Shown here piece by piece: positions 49,776 to 59,618 of a stretch of DNA of 64,000 nucleotides. Where the stretch lies: positions 11,098,001 to 11,162,000 of the forward strand of contig NC_079169.1 of the NCBI RefSeq assembly GCF_947568905.1. Reading direction: 5' to 3'. Position numbers and translations under genes: made by a program. This DNA is from Ostrea edulis (lineage: Eukaryota). Position 1 is the stretch's first letter, and each line of letters begins with the position of its first letter. A model generated the notes under the pieces. That model had not been told where the DNA came from. It did no database searches and saw only the letters and a program-made list of their open reading frames with translations.

Positions 49776-49807
<32 letters not shown>
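48532..49807 (+). mobile_element. Helentron-type element (HINE) with ~166-bp central repeats (Cg170-satellite-like)
   Basis: 5' ttagctcacctgagccgaaggctcaagtgagc, (GTCC/GTCT) microsatellite, 5-6 units of 159-173 bp (atcttcttct at 48781, 48946, 49112, 49278, 49610), and 3' ctcaggtgagc plus ggcccatgggc hairpin plus cttgtt. Confidence 0.88.
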
Positions 49808-49808
<1 letters not shown>

Positions 49809-52800
49809 GAAAGAGCTGTAATTCATTTGGAGAGAGCTGTAATTCATTAAGAGATAGCTGTAATTCATTTAGAGAGATGTAATTCATTTAGAGAGAGCTG
49901 TAATTCATTTAGAGAGAGCTGTAATTCATTTAGAGAGAGCTGTAGTTCATTAAGAGAGAGAGAGAGCTGTAATTCATTTAGAGAGAGCTGTAGTTCATTA
50001 AGAGAGAGAGAGCTGTAATTCATTTAGAGAGAGCTGTAATTCATTAAGAGAGAGTGTAATTCATTTAGAGAGAGCTGTAATTCATTTAGAGAGAGCTGTA
50101 ATTCATATAGAGTTGTAATTCATTAGGAGAGTTGTAATTCATTTAGAGAGAGCTGTAATTCATTTAGAGAGAGCTGTAATTCATTATAGAGAGAGCTGTA
50201 ATTCATTTAGAGAGAGTGTAATTCATTTAGAGAGAGCTGTAATTCATTTAGAGAGAGCTGTAATTCATTTAGAGAGAGTTGTAATTCATTAGGAGAGTTG
50301 TAATTCATTTACAGAGAGCTGTAATTCATTTAGAGAGAGCTGTAATTCATTATAGAGAGAGCTGTAATTCATTTAGAGAGATCTGTAATTCATTAAGAGA
50401 GAGCTGTAATTCATTTAGAGAAAGCTGTAATTCATTTAGAGAGAGCTATAATTCATTTAGAGAGATGTAATTCATTTAGAGAGAGCTGTAATTCATTATA
50501 GAGAGAGCTGTAATTCATTAAGAGAGAGCTGTAATTCATTTAGAGAAAGCTGTAATTCATTTGGAGAGAGCTGCAATTCATTTGGAGAGAGCTGTAATTC
50601 ATATAGAGTTGTAATTCATTTAGAGAAAGCTGTAATTCATTTAGAGAGAGCTGTAATTCATTTAGAGAGATGTAATTCATTTAGGGAGAGTTGTAATTCA
50701 TTTCGAGAGAGCTGTAATTCATTTAGAGAGAGCTGTAATTCATTTCGAGAGAGCTGCAATTCATTAAGAGAGAGCTGTAATTCATTTAGAGAGAGCTGTA
50801 ATTCATTTAGAGAGAGCTGTAGTTCATTAAGAGAGAGAGAGCTGTAATTCATTTAGAGAGAGCTGTAGTTCATTTAGGAGAGTTGTAATTCATTTCGAGA
50901 GAGCTGTAATTCATTTAGAGAGAGTTGTAATTCATTTAGAGAGAGCTGTAATTCATTTAGAGAAAGCTGTAGTTCATTAAGAGAGAGAGATCTGTAATTC
51001 ATTTAGAGAGAGCTGTAATTCATTAAGAGAGAGTGTAATTCATTTAGAGAGAGCTGTAATTCATTTAGAGAGAGCTGTAATTCATTAGGAGAGTTGTAAT
51101 TCATTTAGAGAGAGCTGTAATTCATTTAGAGAGAGCTGTAATTCATTTCGAGAGAGCTGTAATTCATTAAGAGAGAGCTGTAATTCATTTAGAGAGAGCT
51201 GTAATTCATTAAGAGAGAGAGCTGTAATTCATTTAGAGAGAGCTGTAATTCATGTAGAGAGAGCTGTAATTCATTTAGAGAGAGTTGTAATTCATTAAGA
51301 GAGAGCTGTAATTCATTAAGAGAGTTGTAATTCATTTAAATAGAGCTGTAATTCATTTAGAGAGATCTGTAATTCATCAAGAGAGAGCTGTAATTCATTT
51401 AGAGAAAGCTGTAATTCATTTAGAGAGAGCTGTAATTCATTTAGAGAGATGTAATTCATTTAGAGAGAGCTGTAATTCATTATAGAGAGAGCTGTAATTC
51501 ATTTAAAGAGAGCTGTAATTCATTTAGAGAGATGTAATTCATTTAGAGAGAGCTGTAATTCATTAAGAGAGAGCTGTAATTCATTTAGAGAAAGCTGTAA
51601 TTCATTTCGAGAGAGCTGTAATTCATTTCGAGAGAGCTGTAATTCATTAAGAGAGAGCTGTAATTCATTTAGAGAGAGCTGTAATTCATTTAGAGAGAGC
51701 TGTAGTTCATTAAGAGAGAGAGAGAGCTGTAATTCATTTAGAGAGAGCTGTAGTTCATTAAGAGAGAGAGAGCTGTAATTCATTTAGAGAGAGCTGTAAT
51801 TCATTAAGAGAGAGTGTAATTCATTTAGAGAGAGCTGTAATTCATTTAGAGAGAGCTGTAATTCATTTAGAGAGAGTTGTAATTCATTAGGAGAGTTGTA
51901 ATTCATTTAGAGAGAGCTGTAATTCATTTAGAGAGAGCTGTAATTCATTATAGAGAGAGCTGTAATTCATTTAGAGAGAGTGTAATTCATTTAGAGAGAG
52001 CTGTAATTCATTTAGAGAGAGCTGTAATTCATTTAGAGAGAGTTGTAATTCATTAGGAGAGTTGTAATTCATTTAGAGAGAGCTGTAATTCATTTAGAGA
52101 GAGCTGTAATTCATTATAGAGAGAGCTGTAATTCATTTAGAGAGATCTGTAATTCATTAAGAGAGAGCTGTAATTCATTTAGAGAGAGCTATAATTCATT
52201 TAGAGAGATGTAATTCATTTAGAGAGAGCTGTAATTCATTATAGAGAGAGCTGTAATTCATTTAGAGAAAGCTGTAATTCATTTAGAGAGAGCTGTAATT
52301 CATTTAGAGAGATGTAATTCATTTAGGGAGAGCTGTAATTCATTAAGAGAGAGCTGTAATTCATTTAGAGAAAGCTGTAATTCATTTGGAGAGAGCTGTA
52401 ATTCATTTGGAGAGAGCTGTAATTCATATAGAGTTGTAATTGATTTAGAGAGAGCTGTAATTATACCCCCCGCAACAAGTTGTGGGGGGGTATACTGGAA
52501 TCGGGTTGTCCGTCTGTCTGTCCGTCCGTCCGTCCGTCTGTAGACGCAATGGTTTCCGGACTCTAAAGCATTATCCTTTCCACCTACCGTCACCATATCA
52601 TACATATGGACTACCCATGGGATGAAGATGTTCCTTATCAATTTTGGGGTCAAAAGGTCAAAGGTCAAGCGCACTGGACATCGAAGTAGCAATATGGTTT
52701 CCGGGTTCTAAAGCGTTATCCTTTCCACCTACAGTCACCATATCATACATATGGACTACCCATGGGATGAAGATGTTCCCTATTGATTTTGGGGTCAAAA

Positions 52801-54170
52801 GGTCAAAGGTCAAGCGCACTGGACATCGAAGTAGCAATGTGGTTTCCGGGCTCTAAAGCGTTATCCTTTCCACCTACAGTCACCATATCACACATATGGA
52901 CTACCCATGGGATGAAGATGTTCCCTATTGATTTTGGGGTCAAAAGGTCAAAGGTCAAGCGCACTGGACATCGAAGTAGCAATATGGTTTCCGGGCTCTA
53001 AAGCGTTATCCTTTCCACCTACAGTCACCATATCATACATATGGACTACCCATGGGATGAAGATGTTCCCTATTGATTTTGGGGTCAAAAGGTCAAAGGT
53101 CAAGCGCACTGGACATCGAAGTAGCAATGTGGTTTCCGGGCTCTAAAGCGTTATCCTTTCCACCTACAGTCACCATATCACACATATGGACTACCCATGG
53201 GATGAAGATGTTCCCTATCGATTTTGGGGTCAAAAGGTCAAAGGTCACGCGCACTGGACATCGAAGTAGCAATATGGTTCGGTTTGTCATGCCATTTGTT
53301 TTTTACACTCAGAAAAGAGGTAGTTTATACCTATTACCAACACCCTTTGGGAGATTGGGGTAAGCGGGGGGTATTCTTAGTGAGCATTGCTCACAGTACC
53401 TCTTGTTCATTTAGAGAGAGCTGTAATTCATTTAGAGCTGTAATTCATTTAGAGAGAGCTGTAATTCATTTAGAGCTGTAATTCATTTAGAGCTGTAATT
53501 CATTTAGAGAAAGCTGTAATTCATTACAGAGAGGTCTGTAATTCATTTAGAGAGAGAGCTGTAATTCATTTAGAGAGAGCTGTAATTCATTTGGAGAGAG
53601 CTGTACTTCATCTAGAGAGAGTTGTAATTCATTTAGAGAGAGCTGTAATTCATTTAGAGAGAGCTGTAATTCATTAAGAGAGAGCTGTAATTCATTTAGA
53701 GAGAGCTGTAATTCATTAAGAGAGAGTTGTAATTCATTTAGAGAGAGCTGTAATTCATTTAGAGAGAGCTGTAATTCATTTAGAGCTGTAATTCATTTAG
53801 AGCTGTAATTCATTGAGAGAGAGCTGTAATTCATTTAGAGAGAGCTGTAATTCATTAAGAGAGAGCTGTAATTCATTTAGAGAGAGCTGTAATTCATTAA
53901 GAGAGAGTTGTAATTCATTTAGAGAGAGCTGTAATTCATTTAGAGAGAGCTGTAATTCATTTAGAGCTGTAATTCATTTAGAGCTGTAATTCATTGAGAG
54001 AGAGCTGTAATTCATTGAAAGAGAGCTGTAATTCATTTAAATAGAGCTGTAATTCATTTAGAGTGAGCTGTAATTCATTAAGAGAGCTGTAATTCATTTA
54101 GAGAGGGCTGTAATTCATTATAGAGAGAGCTGTAATTCATTTAGAGAGAGCTGTAATTCATTTAGAGAGC
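49808..54170. repeat. 21-bp minisatellite agagagctgtaattcatttag, interrupted by a HINE
   Basis: Seen directly. It explains the NELQLSL pseudo-ORFs on the minus strand. Confidence 0.97.
52461..53407 (+). mobile_element. Helentron-type element (HINE) with 145-bp central repeats
   Basis: Subterminal inverted repeat ataccccccgc / gcggggggtat, (GTCC)n, ggggtcaaaaggtc units spaced 145 bp, 3' hairpin gtgagc-att-gctcac, inserted at TT within the 21-bp array. Confidence 0.88.
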
Positions 54171-54390
54171 TTTAATACATCAATCTCTTTAACTTGTTTA
54201 ATGTGATTAAAGAGATCTCCAAATGATTTTGATTGGTGCCTTTTTTTCAGTCGAATTAGAGCTGTGTAATTCCAGACACTTACATTTGTGTTGTATTAAA
54301 GAGAACAGTAAATGGTTGCTCTCATTTTATTCCAAAAATCACCCCCACATCATGCAATATTTCGTTTTTCGACAACATCACTGCTTATAT

Positions 54391-55626
54391 TCATTGCAAC
54401 GACAGAAAAAAGTACAAATTGCCAACGATCTGAAAAAACAGAAACAGCCAAAAAAGCACGAAGTCAAAAGCTCCGCAAACGGACTTCCACGTGACCGGGC
54501 GGTCAATTTCTGGGGTGCTTCCGTTAGGATTCGAACCCCCGTCCTCACCCTGAAGTGGTCGGTTACATCTTCTCTTACAGATCAGAATTCGTACGATTTT
54601 CACCATTTCAATGAAATGTTTGGGTATTTCTTTGCTCTCGTTACTGTGAACTGTTCGGAGTAAAATCGCCGTACAGAGTATGGCCAGAACACCAAATCCA
54701 TATTGATAAATGATGTAGTAACTCAACAGAGACATATTCTCCGAGTTCGCTGGCACGTTGTCCACAAGAATTCCCAAGTACACATTGAAAGAAAGGAGAA
54801 TGCTTACGGAATATTGCAGCTTCTCTCCTGCATTTGCCGGGACAATGAAAACAAACACGTTCAGGAATCCGATCAGAACGGTTGGTATAATGAGGTTCAT
54901 TATAAGAAAGGTGGGTTTCCTTTTGGCTTTAATCGAACACGTTATGGATGAATTTGAATAATGTGAATTGACCTCCAGGACTGACCATAGTGTATTGGAG
55001 TTAACCATGTCACAGACACCAGTAGAAAAGACGACTTCCCCGGGTTTACTGGTAATTTCAAACGAGCACTCTTGAGTGTCATAAGGGAAGTACGTCATAT
55101 CAATGTCACAGTGAGATTTAAACAGTTGTTTTCCAAACATAAATACCATTCCATAATTTTCAAAGAATTGTCCCAGCACGTGTGATAAACTCCCTATGTA
55201 TGATTTGTGTCCTATTGAATTCTTCAGCATGAGTGTTGGTGTCCAAACAGAAAATTCCTGCTTCTTGATGTAGAAATACGGGACTGGGTATTGGAGGTAG
55301 TCCCAACTAGCGGTGTCGTCTATCCAGGATACATAGAACAAAGTGTTTATCTCCAGCTTGTTTTCAATATCGAGAATTTCAAAGTTTTGAATAAGTAAAT
55401 AAACATGTGTTTGAATCAGGGTGGACTGATTATAAGCGGGTCTTAGGTCAGCTCGGTCTGCATTTACTTTCAATTTTTCTTGAAAAAGCCTTCGAACATC
55501 AAAAAACGTCCCAGTCCTAGTTGAACAGCTCTGCAGTAAAAATATCAAAATACAACTCCAAACATTCAACATCGTTGCGTCTTTTATTGGTGGCCTGAGT
55601 GAATGTTCGTTACTAACACCGGTCAT
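54391..55626 (-). CDS. Intronless Cys-loop ligand-gated ion channel subunit (divergent nAChR-like, non-alpha)
   Basis: Signal peptide (likely start MLNVWS at 55572), DLRP, WIDD..W, VWTP, Cys loop CDIDMTYFPYDTQEC, RKP-M1, GEK-M2 (cation-type), M3, short loop, M4 DFVLFWLF. No vicinal Cys-Cys. Confidence 0.93.
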   Translation of the reverse strand: MTGVSNEHSLRPPIKDATMLNVWSCILIFLLQSCSTRTGTFFDVRRLFQEKLKVNADRADLRPAYNQSTLIQTHVYLLIQNFEILDIENKLEINTLFYVSWIDDTASWDYLQYPVPYFYIKKQEFSVWTPTLMLKNSIGHKSYIGSLSHVLGQFFENYGMVFMFGKQLFKSHCDIDMTYFPYDTQECSFEITSKPGEVVFSTGVCDMVNSNTLWSVLEVNSHYSNSSITCSIKAKRKPTFLIMNLIIPTVLIGFLNVFVFIVPANAGEKLQYSVSILLSFNVYLGILVDNVPANSENMSLLSYYIIYQYGFGVLAILCTAILLRTVHSNESKEIPKHFIEMVKIVRILICKRRCNRPLQGEDGGSNPNGSTPEIDRPVTWKSVCGAFDFVLFWLFLFFQIVGNLYFFLSLQ

Positions 55627-55808
55627 TCCTAGCTATGAATTATGGAATACGATGTGCTTGGAAATCAATAAATCATGAAATATAGAAATGAATAGCTCAT
55701 AAATTTACACGGAATGTCCATACCTTGCTCATGGATTAAATCTTTACCTAGGGCTGTAACTAATTGTAAGCTAGCTTAATCTAAGTGTTCTACGCTCATC
55801 TGTCAACT

Positions 55809-55877
55809 CATCGTCGGATACCTACAGCTGATTTCGTCTTCTACTCAGACGAGTTCAGTCGTGGGTATCCAACGATG
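55809..55877. mobile_element. Degenerate 69-bp hairpin mini-element (CATC..GATG ends)
   Basis: Arms catcgtcggatacctacagctga / tcagtcgtgggtatccaacgatg. Flanks ctgtcaact / ctgtccaat match at 7 of 9 positions. Confidence 0.5.
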
Positions 55878-56409
55878 CTGTCCAATGGAGGGAGTGTCCT
55901 CATTCACTACATGGGTTCAGCAATTCATTAGTTCAAACTCACATTCTTACCATTCAATACTACTACAAAAAACAGACAGTCATCCAATATATTTTACTTC
56001 GCATGTATAAACACAGGTATCTCTGAATGTTAATCAGTAAATAGATACAAGTAGAAAACACTCTTATCTATCTATATAATATATATAGATAAAGGTTTTT
56101 TTAAATTTTTTTCTATTTATATTTATTGATTAAAATTCAGATACATGGTATAAATTACGGAATAGAACGTTAAAAAAGAAGAGCCCCCACCCCCCTCCCC
56201 CCGATTAGAACTACGTACTTGACAATATCGTTAATGATTGGCGAGCTGCTACTCCGTGCATGTTCTCACTATGGAGCCAACGTACTTAATTAAACTCACC
56301 TCCATCTACTGTAGCGAATCAGCTGTGTTTGTTATTGAGACTGCTTCGTGTTTTTTGAAGAAAAAACAGTATTTTTCATTCAACTCTCTCTTTCTCTACA
56401 CACACACAC

Positions 56410-56498
56410 GAAGACGGTTACAGTTTTATATTGAAGACGGTTACAGTTTTATATTGAAGACGGTTACGGTTTTATATTGAAGACGGTTACGGTTTTAC
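56410..56498. repeat. 23-bp tandem repeat gaagacggttacagttttatatt (~4 copies)
   Basis: Seen directly (gaag at 56410, 56433, 56456). Confidence 0.9.
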
Positions 56499-56874
56499 AA
56501 ATGTTGTCTTGTACACATCAACTATTCGATTTAATAAAAGTCTAATACCGGTATTACCCCTATTGATATCAGATTCTCTAAATAGATTGGTAATATTGCG
56601 TAGGCCTAAGACTGAATTATAAGTTGTGATATCATGTTTGGTAAAATGTGTGATCGCGCCGTATTTTTAAGGCAGAGTTTCACGATGCCCATTATGTTGA
56701 TTTCTATTTAATTCTGAACATGACAAACAAGACGTCATACTGTATTCTTTTATTAAAAATACAAATATACCAGAGAAACATGTGCAGTCACGTGCTTTCT
56801 GATACAGCAGCTGTATACCTATATTCTGTCCTGTCTTCCGCAGATCATGTCTCCGGTTTTCTCCGAACACGGTG

Positions 56875-57186
56875 GTGCTTGGTTCTGTTGGGGTTTTCGG
56901 TGCTTGGTTCTGTTGGGGTTTTCGGTGCTTGGTTCTGTTGAGGTTTTCGGTGCTTGGTTCTGTTGAGGTTTTCGGTGCTTGGTTCTGTTGAGGTTTTCGG
57001 TGCTTGGTTCTGTTGGGGTTCTTGGTTCTGTCGAGGTTTTCGGTGCTTGGTTCTGTTGGGGTTTTCGGTGCTTGGTTCTGTTGGGGTTTTCGGTGCTTGG
57101 ACACGGTTCTGTTGGGGTTTTCGGTGCTTGGTTCTGTTGAGGTTTTCGGTGCTTGGACACGGTTCTGTTGGGGTTTTCGGTGCTTG
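56875..57186. repeat. 25-bp tandem repeat ggttctgttggggttttcggtgctt downstream of the AAC4-like stop
   Basis: Period 25 (56881, 56906). It explains the TEPSTE and KHRKPQQ ORFs. Confidence 0.93.
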
Positions 57187-57378
57187 ATTCTGAGCTGAAT
57201 GAAGTCCTTTCTAGGATACCAGCTTCATTTTGCACTGTGGGTGTAAAACTTCTGAGAGACAATCATGCGTTTCTAATTCTGGATCGCTTTTCGAAGTGCG
57301 TGAGTACACCCCTGAGCACCTATAATGAGATATATCGGTATATCCTGGGCTTGGGTTGAGCCCTGAGAAGCCTTTCTG

Positions 57379-57569
57379 TCAGGGGTTGTAGAAGATGAAG
57401 TCTGACCGGCGGGTCCGGGAGATGACCACCACTGTGTTGGACACGAGGTCGGTAGGAAGGTCGTGGAACGCTTTGGTGATTAGATTAGCCGTTTCCTTGT
57501 TTTGAACCCAGACGTGCAATATCTGTTTGCTCCATTTCTCTAATGTATTTCTGTTTGCCTGGTTTACCC
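57379..57569 (-). CDS. AAC4-like gene, terminal exon
   Basis: cacacag| GVNQANRNTLEKWSKQILHVWVQ...LPTDLVSNTVVVISRTRRSDFIFYNP*. Phase matches the upstream exon. Confidence 0.82.
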
Positions 57570-57842
57570 CTGTGTGATATATAGGAAATCATTTTAATGT
57601 GTATATTAAGTCTTTAACACAAGAATTGGTAACCCAAATTACTACCATAAGCTACATTCTCTTACGGGGCAAAGCAATTTTTTCACGATTTGTGTTTTGA
57701 TAAGAACACATTTATCGTTCTCAGAGATGAACACGCAAATCAAAGTTATATATTTCCCTAAGAATTATTAATGATATGATACAATCAAAAAGTTTTTATT
57801 GTTTTGTTGTTTTATATGGACTTGGTAGGAATATAGGCCTAC

Positions 57843-58005
57843 CTTTGAGTTTCTTCATCAAAAGATTCATAGCGTCCTCCTGTGTAAAGTCACCACGGTA
57901 CTTCATCGCACGTGTGACAGACACACCCACTTTTGTGTCGAAAATTTCACACACATAATCTGTTATTGATCCTCCCTCCGGAAAGTAAGACACCTCCATT
58001 TCAGT
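57843..58005 (-). CDS. AAC4-like gene, middle exon
   Basis: ttccag| TEMEVSYFPEGGSITDYVCEIFDTKVGVSVTRAMKYRGDFTQEDAMNLLMKKLK G|gtaggc. I recognise the motifs as the Dictyostelium AAC-rich mRNA clone AAC4-like family. Confidence 0.85.
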
Positions 58006-58193
58006 CTGGAAAAGAAATGTCTCGTAATGAAAACAGGGTTTCATGAAATTTTAAACATGCCATGCCAGACTTTTTAAAATATTCTTTAAAATCAGAGTAC
58101 AGCGTGCCATTTTTATCCGTAAAATCTAGTACATTTAATATAATTTATTCAAATGTTACATGGTACAATAAATTCATGAAAGTATATCCTCAC

Positions 58194-58671
58194 CTTGAGA
58201 AGCTTGGCGTGGAAACTCTTGTGAAACGTTTCAAAGGACAGGACTTCCGAAATAACAGAATTTCCCCCAGCGTTCGGAACACTCCAGATTTTTTCCGCTG
58301 CCTCTGACAGCTTCATACATTTGAAGTGCACCGCTGGGTCGAAATCTAGGTGAAATAAACCTCCATCCCTGTTGCTCTGTATCGACTTCTGCAGTGCGAA
58401 GTAGTCGTAAATTCGAATGCAGAAATGATTCCCAATGTACAGATTACAGGGGGGAGATTTCACTTGTGACTGGGGTGTAACTTTCTCGTAACCCCCATGC
58501 TTCGATAATAAGTTCAAAGTCACCCTCCTCTTGTTTGACACAGGAGTATTTAGAGACCCGTTGGTGTGGCGGACCTGAGAAAAAACGGTGGGGCGGAAGA
58601 GGCCCGTGAAGGGAGGCCTGCGCCTGCCTGTGATGTCGAGCAGAATGGTGATGATTTTGTTCGTGAGCCAT
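58194..58671 (-). CDS. AAC4-like gene, first coding exon, with a +1 frame discontinuity
   Basis: Conserved-looking SVPNAGGNSVISEVLSFE..LLK ends at AAG|gtgagg (58194). The ATG at 58671 (or 58692) is in a different frame; the exon is 478 nt = 3n+1. Confidence 0.7.
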
Positions 58672-59149
58672 TGTGAAGAATTTGTGTATCATATCAGTCC
58701 GACTGCAAAATGTTAAATTCCTGCTGACGATTAATATTAACTCTCTTGCGTTTCAGTGCATGATGAAATATCGCGAAACGCAGTGTTTATATACTGTAGT
58801 CATGCGGTCATGTTTATTTTTATCTCACTAAATATAGCAGCCTATTAGAATAGCCTATATAATTAATTAGAATAGCCTATATAATTAATAATATTGAACC
58901 ACATCCATATGCATACATCCAAGAGACGGGTGTGGGCGAAATAAACCGAGGGAAAATACCCGTTTTTATTGTATGAGAGAGAGAGAGAGCTAGCTGATAA
59001 AACTTGTAAAGTGAGAACTATTTTTAACCATTTGACGGATGTCATGAGGACAAAAGTGGAATTCTGTCCTTACAATACTAACTAACTATATTTATTTTCC
59101 AATCAAGGGCCCTCAAGGGGCAGCATGAAAATACATACAAATAATGTAC

Positions 59150-59430
59150 ATATACATATACAAGTAAAGAAAGAAGTGATTACATAACACATAGTTATAT
59201 ACAAATACAGTGTACATATATATTGTTCAAAATAAATTTTCCAGTTATATTTAGAATGGATGGCTCTTCAGAGCATAGTATGTAAATGAATTTTTGTTCA
59301 TCATTGAGTTTGGTAAAATTTTTAACTGTTTTTTTCTATAGAACCACAAAAAGATTTTCTTTCATCAGCAAACTTTTCAAATTTAATCAAAAAATATTAG
59401 GAATGTGGGCATGCTCTCATTTTTTTCTTC
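59150..59430 (-). mobile_element. Possible decayed LINE 3'-end fragment
   Basis: The minus strand gives NFTKLNDEQKFIYILCSEEPSILNITGKFI, resembling the C-terminus of CR1/L2-type ORF2. Short and frameshifted. Confidence 0.35.
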
Positions 59431-59579
59431 TTCAAAAATCGAAAGAGCTTAAGGTGTCCCTATAGCTACCATATACCTAACATAGTACTTTTTGCCTTTT
59501 ACAAAAAACAACAAACAAACAAAAAACAAAAACAACAACGTATGAGTGTATTCTCTCCTAAAGATATTGTGAGGACGTC

Positions 59580-59618
<39 letters not shown>

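Noticed and set aside
50658-52692. NELQLSL leucine-repeat ORFs
   Set aside because: Artefact of a 21-bp satellite. The frames break often and there are no splice or start signals.
56667-57359. TEPSTE / KHRKPQQ repeat ORFs
   Set aside because: Translations of a 25-bp tandem repeat downstream of the AAC4-like stop codon.
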